Assembly: GCA_030248215.1 (NCBI GenBank)
Contig: JASANG010003494.1
Coordinates: 372,001 to 436,000, forward strand
Length of the DNA stretch: 64,000 bases
DNA from: Enoplolaimus lenunculus
Lineage: Eukaryota
Direction of reading: 5' to 3'
Shown here: positions 25,501-38,235 of the stretch, in pieces
Layout of the letters: every line of letters begins with the position of its first letter
Numbering within the stretch: position 1 is the stretch's first letter
Made by a program: the position numbers and the translations under genes
Notes under the pieces: generated by a model
The model's database searches: none
What the model saw: only the letters and a program-made list of their open reading frames with translations
Told to the model about the DNA's origin: nothing

Positions 25501-28447
25501 CAAAAGATGTTGACAAAGAAGCAAAGTATAGATGAAAGGTACGACGTTTAGCTGACATGTATAATGTAATGTATACTGTTATAGTTAGGGTGCCACTGGA
25601 TATCCGGTTTCAGTCTTAAAACCGACATTTGTATCCGGTTCCGGTATCCGGCACAGTTGTATAAAAACGCTTATCGCACAGAACCGCAGCCTATAAACTG
25701 TTGTATTTTTGTTCCTGCTCCGTCGTAATCTTCCGGAACGCCTTTCCGGAAATCCCAGACCGCCCCGAAAATCTTCGAACACCACCATCAGTAGTTCTGG
25801 AATTTCCATGAATCCCCACCTACATTTCTCAGGAACGCCCCACAAAATTTCCCGGCCCCTCTGAAAATAAGTGTTTGGATGAACGCTCACTTGCGTACTG
25901 CATCTGGATGTCCGTTGCTTTACATATAGGTGTTTAGCACAGCTGTTCTAATTGCCTATTGGTGCGGTAGTCGATTTGTACACGACGGTCGTACCAATAG
26001 CCAACTGATATGATAGGTGATTGGTACACGACATATTAAGCATTTCGCTGCGATTGCATTTTGTACCAATGCAAAAGACTACTTGTTCACAATGAGAATC
26101 AAAATGTGAGATTAAATGCAAAAGTTAATACATATTCGAACCGCGCAGTTTCAGATGATATATACGGTTATCTTCCAGTTCCGCTAACCATTCAGTATCC
26201 CACTCTGGCATCCGGCAAAACAACATGCAATACCATTATTACAATATTACAATACGCTGAGTTTTAATCCGAATGTGCTTATCGGTGAAAATTGACCATT
26301 TTTCTGGGCTATACCGTGCCAGAAAAATTTCTGTCTTATAAACGGTACAGAGAAATACTGGTGTGGTAGAATCATTGCAATGACCTGGCGTTACCAGGCT
26401 GTTGTAAAAGTTTGTAGTTTTAGACTCAAATCGCTCGTCAACAAATCGTCTGTGATGATTTTTATCAAAGGAAGCCCTGCAGAACCGAAGTGTGGTTTTA
26501 GTCGGACGCTTATTTCACTGCTGGATTCTTTAGAGTAAGTCTACTAAATAGTTCTTTTAGATTTTTGCCATTAGCGAATCCTATTCCAACAGTGTGTACT
26601 CCACTTTGTTTAAGTATTGGCCAAAATAAATTGTTAAGTGGTAATGGTTCGAACTTCAAGTGCTTTGTTTATTTTTTATTTTTGCAATATAAATGATGAT
26701 TTGACATCTGTGGATTTTGGAAGATTTTTTATAAAAAAATTTTGGAACTGGAAATAGCTTCTTTAGTTTCGATATTGTTTTTAGTGCTAAATATGACACG
26801 TTCGATATTCTCAGTGACGAAGAAGTACGCCAAGGATTGAAAAAATACAGCAATTGGCCAACGTATCCGCAAATTTATGTCAAGGGTGAATTGATTGGCG
26901 GTTTGGATATAGTGAAGGTTTGTATATTTCGTCGTCATTATTTAAAAGCTTTTAACATGTCTATGTGTGTATATAGTAAAGTATTGTTCAAAAAATTCTT
27001 TGGCCTATTATATAAATAGTTTAGAACTAAAATTAGTTTTTTGTTTTTTGATTTTTTGACCACTGTAACATGTAATACTTGAAAGCAAGTTAGTCTTCGA
27101 GTAAACATCGCAAAGTTGACCTCCTGGTTGCGCAAATACTTCATGCTAGCCGCAACAGTTCGTTTCATTGAAAAATGTACGATTACTATCTATTACTTTT
27201 TCCGGCTAGAGTGTTCTCTATATGACCAACTATGCGCAACCTTTGCGCAAGATATTACGCAATGAGTTGTGTAGCAATATTATTATGTAACACGGATGAG
27301 CAGTAAAAGTTTTAGAAGACGTGAAAATATTCAGGAGAAAAAGGGTTAAACAGATGTACCCCTGACTAGTATTGCACAAACTTCTATGTTCATATTGACG
27401 ATGTGCGTTAGCATCATTTCACAGTTTGTGTTATTTTTTTCGCATAAAATTTTAGCCCACTTATGGCATACAGTTTTCCCATTTTAGTTTTCCCCTCTAA
27501 GGTATGCGATTTTTCCGTCATTGGATTTTATCTTACCAGTCGATATTTTCCGCAAAGGTAAATTCTACACCCTAAGGCAAGGACCAACTTGTTCGTGCAA
27601 CGTATTTGAGAATTGTTGCCAGTCAACTGACACATAAATCAATATTATACAGTCGCGGACAGAATTAAGTGCACAGAAACCGCGATTGCGTCCACTGTGG
27701 TTGCGGTTTTGTAGCCGCGTCTGAGTGTTTCAGCGATCGTGTCTCAAACGCGGTTTGAGACGCGATCATAGACGCGATTTTAATTGCGTCCGCAGTAGCG
27801 GTTTGAACCCCGGTCGCAGTCGCGGTTTGAGACGCGATCGTAGACGCGATTTTAATTGCGTTCTCAGCCGCGGTTTGAACCGCGGTCGCAGTCGCGGTTG
27901 ACGCGATCATAGACACGATTTTATTTGCGTCCGCAGTCGCGGTTTGAACCCCGGTCGCAGTCGCGGTTTGAGACGCGATCATAGGCGCGATTTTATTTGC
28001 GTCCGCAGTCGCGGTTTGAACCCCGGTCGCAGTCGCGGTTTTTGTGTCCACGTAAATTGCGGTTGTGAGCGATCGCGATTGCGTCTACGAGCGATCGCGA
28101 TTCGAACCGCGTTTGGGTCGCGACCGCGGTTGCACTTAATTCTGTCCGTGGCTGTACTTGTTAATGCAAATTATCCGTATTGTCATAAATTTTGTAGTTC
28201 CTATTCTGATTTGATTCCGGTATAATTTAGTTCCACTTTGCACCCTGCCCTAAGGAGAATCATGGGAAAAATCGTATGGGACACCGGAAATCGATCCTCT
28301 GACCTTTCGCTCGCAGGTCAAGAAGCGGCAGATTTTACGATTTCCTCGACATGTTGAAATTAATGATTTGCTTAATTTCAGTCGTTTGTATACTTTTAGG
28401 AATTACACGAAAGTGGAGAACTGAAGCAAGCATTACTGATCGAATAA
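22558..28447 (+). CDS. GLRX3: Glutaredoxin-3 / PICOT (Trx-like domain plus two monothiol CGFS Grx domains; 10 exons, 340 aa)
   Basis: Exons (plus): 22558-22610, 23072-23189, 23691-23765, 23868-24032, 24698-24782, 24960-25049, 25394-25538, 26424-26534, 26785-26917, 28400-28447. Total 1023 nt, in frame. Motifs: [99 protein letters not shown]. Confidence 0.96.
27650..28154. mobile_element. TA-flanked MITE with CGCG-rich ~69-bp internal tandem array, in the last GLRX3 intron
   Basis: TIR CAGTCGCGGACAGAATTAAGTGCA / TGCACTTAATTCTGTCCGTGGCTG; TA on both sides; inserted into a fragment of the CAGGGTGCAA MITE family (~27580-28246). Confidence 0.85.
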
Positions 28448-28562
28448 CATTTTGATTTACGTGGTTCAGTTATGCTGTGTAATCTGGTGTATTTATGAAC
28501 ATTTTAAAGTTAACATCAGGTTTGTGCAGAGGTGAATGATGTATTAACGATTGAATGGTCTT

Positions 28563-28741
28563 AGAGGGGCGCTATACTTGTCGTGCGGCGCCGTCCGTAA
28601 CCTACGGTATTGTACGTGAGTAATTCACGTACTATACCGCACGGTGACGGACTGGGCCAGACGGTGACGGATTGCGCCGGACGGTGACGCACCGCGCCTG
28701 ACGGCACCGGACACGACCGCGTGACAAGTATATCGTCACCC
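28563..28741. mobile_element. Palindromic Harbinger/Tourist-like MITE (partial copy at ~7941-8040)
   Basis: GGGGCGCTATACTTGTC...GACAAGTATATCGTCACCC; TTA / TAA flanks; similar 5' half at 7941. Confidence 0.65.
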
Positions 28742-31254
28742 TAACTGCTAATGCTGGAAAATATTTTTTAAACATGAATGTGCGTTTATACATTGCCATA
28801 TTGTGACGTCGTTGTGAGCGACTTGCACTTGCATGGTCATAATTCGGTTGCAGAATAATACGAAATTAGCACGCGGTTTAGAAATAAGTGGGACATGAGC
28901 GTTTCAATTTGTAATTATTTTTCTTTAGTTTGAGCATCGGATGTTTTTTCATATATGGATATCGTGCAATTGTAAGACGGATATTTATCCATACAATTCT
29001 GAGATAACTATTTATATCTGTACCTGTTTTTGCTCTGAGCGGAACAATCACGTATAGTTGAGGGGAGAACAAGAGTGTATGATAATAAACAAATATTATA
29101 TTATCACAGCCACGTGATAGTAATTCACCGTTCGTGCATCGGACACTTCATGTTTACAGTTTACCCTGTGAAATCCGTGACTAACCTTGCAATCTGGAAA
29201 TCTCGGTGATTGTTAAATTTTGAGAATATAAACGAGTACCGGAAAGAATTTTAAGCGAAACTAGTTTTCAGGAGTTTATGCCAGATCATGACAAGAGTAA
29301 GCTAAATAATTTTTGACAGTTATTTTGATAGCATATTAACAAAAGAATCTAAATCAGTGATTGGGATTCGTTTTACATATTTTATAGTAATCAGAATATC
29401 ATGTGTTGAGATCAGTGTTAACAATTCTTGTTAGCTATAATATGTGTATGGTTTTGTACTTTTTGTAATCTTCATCGGTGGAGAAGTGTTAAACTGACTT
29501 TAACCTTTCTTTCTCTTACAATTCGGCTACAGATTTGTTTCTTGTAAATGGAAAAACGGGACGGCTGCAAATTTTCGGTGGGAAAACAGGACAGTGGGAC
29601 GCAAATCAAACATTTCTTATTGTACAAAATTTGTTTGATCGCGGGAATGGAACGAAGGTTTTTGTAGTTGGGGTTGCGCCACCGGTCACTCCCCTCTCTA
29701 CACCTGCGGCCTTGGTAGCCACAGCTGAATTGCATATCACTGCATTTTACCTTTTATAAAACTGTGTGACTTTTTTCATTCAAAACACGGACCGATTTGA
29801 AAATTTCTGAACGAGGGGATGCGGAATAGATCGAAAAATCAATTTTTAATCACAATGTCTGGCCGGAGTCTATTCGGAAGTGGGGAACCAGCCAAATTTG
29901 AGGGGAACGACCACCCAATGCCCCCGTATGGACATCATTGTAACAATATGCTTTCTTTGGGAAACGGGGAAATGCAGTATCTATGTATTTATATTTCCGC
30001 AAGAAAAACGGAAAACGAGACAGCAATATTTTTTGTTGGGATTGATTTTGTTAGGGGGGCTGCCGCCCCCAAGCCTCTTGCACTAAGCGATCTTGCTAAC
30101 CAACCCACAAATTCCAACAACAAAGTTTAATAATCTTCGAGTACTGTTATGCACAAACAGGAGTACCAAATGCTGCTCTCTGGCACTGTGGCTGTTCCGC
30201 GGAAAAACGGGACGCCCCTGAAAGTAACATCGGCCTGTTTTGTTGTAATTTCGTTCAGTAAATTTATTGAGTTATACTGCCACCGAGTATTTAATGCCGC
30301 GTTCATTTTAACGTAGACAGCAGGGTGTGACTACGTCTGATGTGCTATAAAAACGACGGGTCTTTTCAAATAACCCTAAAATTTAGCATATTTAGGCTTG
30401 TCAATACCTCCCCTCATCGTTACACTACCAAAGATTTATTTTTGAAAAACGATTTTATTGTCACAAAATGCCCCTTGCTACCCAAAAATAAAATTTGTCC
30501 GAAAAACGAAGTCCAAGCTAAATTAGAGTTCTTTAATTTTGGCATGTTTTAAGAAATCAAGATTTTACATCATGGAATAATTATGCAGGCAGCAATATGA
30601 TGCAATATTTTCACTCAGGTTTAAATACAGAATTTGTTTTCATCAGCTCCAGCAAGTTTATTTTAATGAAAGAATGCAGACTATTTTCGGATGCATATTC
30701 GAATAACCGATGCCCATCTATACAGTTCGCCGCAGCTAGCGAAGCTGAGTCGAATGTTGCTAAATTTTTGACAGTCTGACTATTTGCTAACGAGTTATGG
30801 CTAAATAACTGGCGTCGTTGCAAATCGCTAGCAGAGCGCCGAATAGCTATTTGATCATAATTCCATAGCTAATCGTCTGATTGTGAAAAATTTATCATCA
30901 CTCGACTCGGCTTCTCAAGTCGCGTTTTAATAACGCATAATTTGCCGCAACTTTTTGATTAAAAAATTTTAGGTTCCAATGTGGCTTTTGGAATCTCAGA
31001 ATTGAATTTTTCAGAAAATCAAATATGTGCGTGGTCTGAGAGGAGATAATGAGACGATCATATATGCCAAAATTTTCAACCTCCGAACATTATATGGCAA
31101 ACGCCGGCTAGGAGATTAGTGATCGAAAGGATCCAAAACGACATGTGACATGTTTCATTTGGCAAGAATAAGTACCAGGAAGCTATGCTACACCTTGCGT
31201 TAGCTTTGCGAGTTTTTATGTGTATATGCTTGACCCTACGGCTTAAGCAGTATA

Positions 31255-32044
31255 GGCCAATGTTACTTTTAGCGGGCGTAACAGTACATTAAGCGTATTC
31301 CTAAGCCTAAGCGTTGCAAAAGTGTGTTCCTAGCCTAAGCCTAAGCTCAGGGTGCAATACGGATCTGGATTATATCGGAATCGGAACAACAAATTTATAC
31401 CGGAATCGGAACTGCAAATTTTGTGACTATACCAATAATTTGGATTAACAAGTTAATATTGATTATGGGTGTCTGTTGGCTGTAACAATTCTCAAAAACG
31501 TCGCATGAACAAATTGGCAATCATTATTTGCCTCTTTAAAACTAATTATTATAGTTAAGTCTTCGAAAACAATTTAATAGGTACTTAAATTATTTTTAAA
31601 CATATCACAACAAGTTGGCCTAAAATTAAAATGTGTGAAATTCCGATTCCGATTGATTGTACAATCGGCATCGGAATCGGAACTCGTTTTAAATCGGAAT
31701 TCTACACGGCAAAAAATGGTGAGTCAAATTGACTCCCTCCGAAATAGGCTCTACGGGACTACGCAAACTGAGTCAAATTCGACTCCACCAGAGTCTAACG
31801 TGCGACTCAGTGAATCGAATTTGACTCTACCCGAGTCGAATTTTGACTCAATTAGTGTAGTCCCGTAGAGCCTATTTCAGAGGGAGTCAATTTGACTCAC
31901 CATTTTTTGCAGTGTAATCGGAATCAGAATTTCGATTGCACCCTGCCTAAGCCTAAGCCTAAGCGAAAAATGTAATCTCGAATCTAAACCCACTCTTTTA
32001 TAGACCCACCAGAAACCTTGACGCCCGTTAAAGTAACATGGGCC
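31255..32044. mobile_element. Triple-nested MITE stack
   Basis: Outer TTAGGC-containing GGCC-terminal MITE (31255-32044). Middle CAGGGTGCAA hAT-like MITE (31348-31945, TSD CCTAAGCT/CCTAAGCC). Inner fold-back element (31705-31914, TA TSD). Confidence 0.85.
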
Positions 32045-32724
32045 GCAGTATTTATATAGCCGGAATTTAAAATTTAGGAAATAGCGAGTCCTTAGCATTT
32101 TTCACAAAATTTCTAACTGGTTTAAGCATTGGCCCTTTATCCATTGCAACGTTTTAAAACTGCAGATTTGTCTTAAAAGGCGTCACAAAATTTAAATGTG
32201 GTATATTACCGGCATATTTTAACGCTGTCTTATTGACTACAACGTCAACGAAAATTTTAGCATGGCAAATCTCGTGGACTTTAAACTGTGTCATGCTTCT
32301 TAGATGCTTGTTCCTTCGATTACGATGCAAAGAAATTTGTGAGTAAGAAGCCAAACGCAATTTTAATACTAAATTTTTGTCACAAAATCTAGCGGTTGCT
32401 CCACGTCGGACGGTCTACGAGCTGGATAAGCCCACTTTCGATCCGCCAGTGGCAAAGGTGTTCACAGATTGGTGACGGAAACTTCAACTGCACCGAATCA
32501 CTTGTAAACAGCGTTTATATACTGTTTCAGAAACTAAAGGTTTGGGCTTGTTCAACTGGATGGCTGGTCTCGGTAGTCAAATGTCGGTCTCGTTTTTTTA
32601 ACTGAGACCGACCATTCTTGTCAATTGTCGAACCTAAAAGTGTCCATAGTTTGATTAAAAGTTGACGTTTTAGTCAAAATATTCCAAACCAGTTTGAGAA
32701 GTTCAACTATAAAACAACTGACTC

Positions 32725-33120
32725 CAGGGTGCAATCGGAATGCCGATTCCGATTAGAATACCGATACAAAACGAGTTCCGATTCCGATTCCGATTGCACA
32801 ATCAATCGGAATCGGAATTTCCACATTTTAGTTTTAGACCTGCTTGTCGTGATGTGATATGTTATATAAATATTCTGCATCATTTATCTATTACATTGTT
32901 TTCGACATGTTAAAATTTTATCAATAATTGATTGTAGTTTAGGTTTGAAGAGCCAAAAAATAATTGACAACTTGTTCATGCAACAATTTTGAGAATTGTT
33001 GCCAGCCAACAGACATTCTAAATCAATATTATAGTTTGTTAAATACACATTATCCGCATAGTCACAAATATAAATTTGCTGATCCGATTCCGGTATAATC
33101 CAGTTCCGCTTTGCACCCTG
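32725..33120. mobile_element. hAT-like MITE, CAGGGTGCAA family (related copies ~2613-2995, 4757-5076, 9310-9760, 44984-45520, 57767-58135)
   Basis: TIR CAGGGTGCAA / TTGCACCCTG; perfect 8-bp TSD ACTGACTC (32717-32724 and 33121-33128); subterminal CCGATT / CCGGAA repeats. Confidence 0.9.
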
Positions 33121-36100
33121 ACTGACTCCTACCTGTGGTGATAATATTTCAACCTTGAGTAGGCTTGATATTAAATTTAATTTGCGCCGTAAAAATGACC
33201 AAAGAACACTTATATACTTTCGGGTTAGAGGATTGACACCAAAACGTCGGAGGCTGGGCCGACTTGCACTCTAGAGTTATTTGGCGAAAAATAATAAAGT
33301 CCTAGCTAACATTGAAAAATCACTCCTGTCACTTTTTATTCAGACAGCAACTCTGCAATTTACAACAAGTCAACTAATATTTCGTTAGAGTCAGCTTAAG
33401 GTTTAGACTAATTTTTTGCTTGGCTTAGGCTTAGGTTTAGGAATATGCTCAGTCTTACGCGTAGGCTTAAGCATAGGCTTAGGCCTAGGCTTAGGAGTAT
33501 GCTTATAATACTGTTTTGTCTCTGTTCTTTACATTCTCGGAAATCAGTACCTATCTCACTAGCTTTGCACAGATGCGGCCCCTAGTGTTCCGCCAGTGTT
33601 AAAACTTCGCTTTTCAGGAAACCCCGCCGCAACTATGACTGGTGAGGGAACGGCAGCGTTTCCTATACTATTATCTTCGCACCCATGGCGAATAATTCTT
33701 TGATAACATTTAACGATCTCAAGGATACGACAGATTTTCTATCCCCTCTACTGACAATTCCAGGAATTGCGTCCGATAGAAACCTTCCTGCAATATCATA
33801 TATAATTCGATATTGGCTATCAGCCTTGACAGAACAAAGATAATTCAATATGAGCTAAACTGCAGACAGCAGACGTCGATAAAGTCGGAGTTTAAGATTC
33901 ATGGAAAAAATAATTTGAATATGAAATGCACATGAGCGTCGTACTTTTATCAGTTGCATTCCCACGATTTCAACAAGATATAAGTCAAACATATTCAGAG
34001 TGTATAAAATGTCTTTATGATTGTTTATTGGTAACATTAATAAACATTTTGTCTCGAAACTCCGCCCATTTATATGGCGATATATGCAAGGTCATGAGTC
34101 GTAATGCTGCGACAATGTTCTTAGTCTATACATACGATGCTCTTTGAAATCTGATTGGATTCGATTTACAAATTTGACAGGTCAAACAAGGGCAAATAGC
34201 AAAATGTTGACGTAGGTAACTCTTATAACGACGTGCGCAAGACCGTCTGTACTGCTTTGAAGTACTCGAAATCCAAGGTGTATGAACTGAGAAAGGATGC
34301 CTGTCAGAAAATGCCCATAAATCTTATGCGAAGTTCCATGATTTTGAGCGCTTTTTCAGAGGCGAGGTTTTCACAAATAGCCCCTTAAACAGCTGGCGTT
34401 GCGTTTTTGGCCGACCCTCCCTCTTGTTTAGAGGGGGGTCGCTGTCACATGCAATAACCCTAAATTAAACTGTTAGGGGAGCATGTTTGACGCCGCATAT
34501 ATACATAAAATATCAAGGTTCACACCGGTTGTACCCCATATCTAAATGAAGGGGGGTAGGGCAAAAACGCAACGCGTGCCGGCTGCCTTGTTTTCTACAC
34601 CGAATATACCCAGTCGCATTCTTTTGTTGAAGTATGTAACTCTTGGTATAAGCTACCACTGCATGAGTGAAATGATAAAATTCCTAATTATGCCACTAAC
34701 CTTTAACTGAAGTTGTATTACCTAAGTCAACTTTTCCTGCTTATGGTATCAAGTAAAGTTTCCGCTTCTTGGTTGAAAGGGGGACAACGTACTTTACCTA
34801 AATGTTAAGCAAAACCACGTGTTTGTAAGCTACCGTTCCACTCCCTATTTTAAAGGTTTTCGCTGAATAGCTGAAATTTTAATAGCAATCTTAAGGCTTA
34901 ACTTTACGTTCACAGTTTCCGTGACTGTCAATTCAAATAATTTGTCCAATGTAGTCTGAGTCTGATATAAAAAATTGATTACGTGATTTTAGTATGATTG
35001 GTTAATATTGTTTTATGCTATTTAAATATTTGCATAGAAAGACATAATATAAACGCTTCTAAAAAATGTTGTCATCGCTGAGATATTGCAATGTGGACTG
35101 TCCGGCCTTACAACCACAAAAATCAAAGCAATGTTTTTAAGGATTACCACCAAAAGGCGTCCGGCTTCTCGCTCGCTTTGCTCACGAGTTTGTTTTGCTA
35201 TTATATCTTGCGCGATCCTTTTACAAATTTGTGGATCAGCCATCATTAGTTAATCACAAAATCTATTTTAACTATGATCCACGTACTGTAGTGACCCGAT
35301 AACGGGGGCTGAGATTTATTTGGCCCTTCCGAAAGGTACCCCTGTTAGTCGGTTCCGGATTGTTATTTTTTCACCCATGCTCCGGCATCCTTCGTTATCG
35401 ATATATATCCGGTGTTGCAACTATCCGTTGAACTAAAGGTTTATTTGTCTTGTATCAAACGCTTGAGCGATAATGCAAGGTTATGCTTTTAGGAATGTAC
35501 TTTTAAATCTTAAATACGCTTTATAGTTTCGAACTCAATTGTATTTGGTCCTGGAGTCATTTATTCACTGCAATTAGGGAAAATGTACATTTATGGACTC
35601 CAATAGACGTTTTGGGACTCTATCCACTTACGAACTCTTATTTTGGATATGGACTCCTATTGATTTGGGCTCAAAATGGGGACCCCAGCCCTCTTATTAC
35701 CCCCATCTTATTCGGGTTATGTTACAAACTTTTCCAGCTACTGCATTTGTTTCAGGATTTTGGCATAATAAACTTAGTTTTATTTGTGATTAATCACAGT
35801 TGAACGAACGTAAAGAAGTCAACTTTATGGCAATAGTTCGTGGTTTGTGTGTGGGTCAAAAACAAGTTTATTACCTGGGAAATTTTGCTCCCCCCCCCCC
35901 AATTTAAGATCCTGGATCCGCCACTGATCTGTTGGATACCAATTAAAGCACAATAAGACTCGGTATACAAAAATTATAGGCTCTGAAAATTTCTAGTTCC
36001 GATTCCGGTTCTGATTTGAATTCTGGTATAATTCAGTTTCGTTTTCAACCTGGGGGTGGCCCCCACTTGTTTCCGCCCGGTGTTATTATACCCACACAGA

Positions 36101-36234
36101 TGCTATCAAACGATAACCAAGGAACCGTAGACCCGAAATGTTTACAGTAAATAAATTTCTGCTCAACAGCTATCGCCACCCCCAAACCAAAATCATTCAA
36201 CATAATTTCGTATACATGGTGGGGGGATAAAGGG

Positions 36235-36432
36235 GGCCCATGTAAAGATCAGGGGCGGATCGTTTTTCTGTGGGATTGCAATAGAGTAAGCTTAAGCTTT
36301 AGACTGTTTTTTTCGCTTGGCTTAGGCTTAGGCTTAGGAATATGCTCATTCTTACGCTTAGGTTTAGGCTTAGGCTTAGGCTTTAGGAATACGCTCATAA
36401 TACTGTTCCGCCCCTGGTTTTTTACATTGGCC
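36235..36432. mobile_element. GGCC-terminal MITE with internal (TTAGGC)n (other copies ~2052-2240, 33390-33520, 37392-37808, 38820-39002, 45203-45409, 47711-47900, 53020-53187, 53714-53892, 58447-58631)
   Basis: TIR GGCCCATGTAAAGATCAGGGGCGGA / TCCGCCCCTGGTTTTTTACATTGGCC; internal GCTTAGGCTTAGGC runs; at least 10 copies in two subfamilies. Confidence 0.85.
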
Positions 36433-37509
36433 ATAAAAAAGATATGTATTTTCTCCCGAATTTTCTAAACAGACAAGAGAAAAGACACTAAACACGCAGA
36501 GAATAACCTTTAACTTTTTGAATTTATAGAAGTAAAAAAATATCTCAGCTCATTTGCAAAAAAATGCTTACATGAGAGTTTAAGCCATGCCGAATTGAAA
36601 TCCTGGTTTACATCCCTGTAATCAGCCAGTTTATTAATATTGAACCTAAATCGTTGGGATATAGACCAGTTTATCTTGTTTAGCTGATTTCTACAACACA
36701 GCGAGCGTATATACAGTACTGAAAGTGCTCATTTATTCCTTTTAACACCAGAAATCACTGTCTTCTTATCAGCTTAATCTGTTTTATAGCACCATACTTT
36801 AGAGCTGAAAATCTTTTTTTGAATACCCGGCAGATATTTGTATGGGGCTGTCAAAGCCCTGTGCTCTGTTTTAATAGGTTGTCGTCATGCATTTTTATCA
36901 TTTTTTGTTCTACATTTATAATGTGAATCAATGCTTTTGCTGACACTTTGTCTATATACAATTAAAGCTGGAATGCCGCACATACGTGTTTGGATAATTA
37001 TCCAGTATTATACGTTGTTTACAATAATTACTGATGCAATAAATGTGATTGTTCTATGAAAAGAAAAGTTGCATGCGAATTTTTGTGTTTTCGCTATCTT
37101 TTGCGCATTGCGAAAAGCCGGTGTCACGAAAAATTTTGCTCCCCTCCATGAAAATATGCCCCCGGGCAAATTTTCATACATGTAACTCCCAGGCAAATTT
37201 TTAGAGAGAAACTTAATGTAAAGTGCCCCTCTTTATTAAAATTCGCCCCCCCCAAGCAATTTATACTTTTACAGTTGATCTTCAACCACGAGTTAAGATG
37301 ACGCGGCAATCGAAATCGTCATACAATATATACGTCCAAGCGGTTTTTGAGTGCTATAAGCAAAGAACGTCATTGGTCTGCTTCAACAATTTGGCCCATG
37401 TTACTTTAAGGGGCGTCCACCTTTCTGTTGCGTCAAAAAAAGAGTAGGTTGAGATTCTAGATTACATTTTTTGGCTTAGGCTTACGCTTAGGCTTAGGAA
37501 TACGTTTAA

Positions 37510-37772
37510 TTCTTTGTCACATGAACATTTTCTATTTCCCCTGAGACCTACTTTTATGCTAGGATTCGAACTCCAGTGACTGGAGTGGGAGGCGTATACC
37601 ATCACCACTCAGCTATAGGAGCTTGACGCTTGAGCCCGAGGGGGCTCTCACGTTTTGTGGTAATTTAGTACTATGTATACGTGTTGCAATTGATATAGAC
37701 ACGGTGCGATATATATTATTTAACGTATATACTGCGCTCAGTTGCCTATAGGCAACTCAATGTCAGAAGGGG
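37510..37772 (-). mobile_element. piggyBac-like MITE carrying a tRNA-derived cassette (TTAA-flanked)
   Basis: TTAA at 37506-37509 and 37773-37776; degenerate CCCTTT...AAGGG termini; minus-strand A box TAGCTGAGTGGT and B box GTTCGAATCC. Homologous to 39869-40130 and almost identical in length (263 vs 262 bp). Confidence 0.75.
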
Positions 37773-38144
37773 TTAATCTACTGTTACGGCCCTAAAAGTA
37801 ACATTGGCAAACAATTTTATGCTCAGTTGAAAACATTGCCATTCATACTGACTGAAGTATTTTGCATAAAAACTGTTATCTTAATACAACAATGACGCAG
37901 TTTCGCTAAATTTCGAAACAAGTTGCCCAAACGGGATTTTCATTCATAGCTGAACATTCATTGTATTTCGCTACAAACATTGCATTCGGTGAATGTGCTC
38001 GAAAAGCGTAACGATTCGCTTGCAATCGGGCTTTGCTTAGCGTTGCCCGCTGCTCGTTCTACCCCGCTCCCAAAACCAAAGTCTGTGCCCTTTTGAAGTG
38101 GCGAATTACGGGGTTTGCTCGAAGGATCTGAGGTTGACCGATCC

Positions 38145-38235
38145 CTTCCCTAATTGGCTGTCAACCATAGCCCAATCTTTCGAAGCCGTATAAATGTATG
38201 CGGACCGAGCAAATCAACCGCACTTAGTGCTGCCA
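38145..38235 (+). promoter_or_regulatory. Candidate Pol II core promoter (CCAAT boxes plus TATAAA)
   Basis: ATTGG ~38153, CCAAT ~38172 and TATAAA 38189-38194 in a non-repetitive, CpG-richer patch. Motif-only evidence. Confidence 0.3.

Noticed and set aside
27665..28051. 128-aa repetitive ORF ([14 protein letters not shown]...)
   Set aside because: Translation of the internal tandem array of a MITE inside a GLRX3 intron.
33660..34330. Coding-looking non-repetitive stretch
   Set aside because: Short ORFs only and no recognisable motif; possibly a decayed TE fragment, but unsupported.
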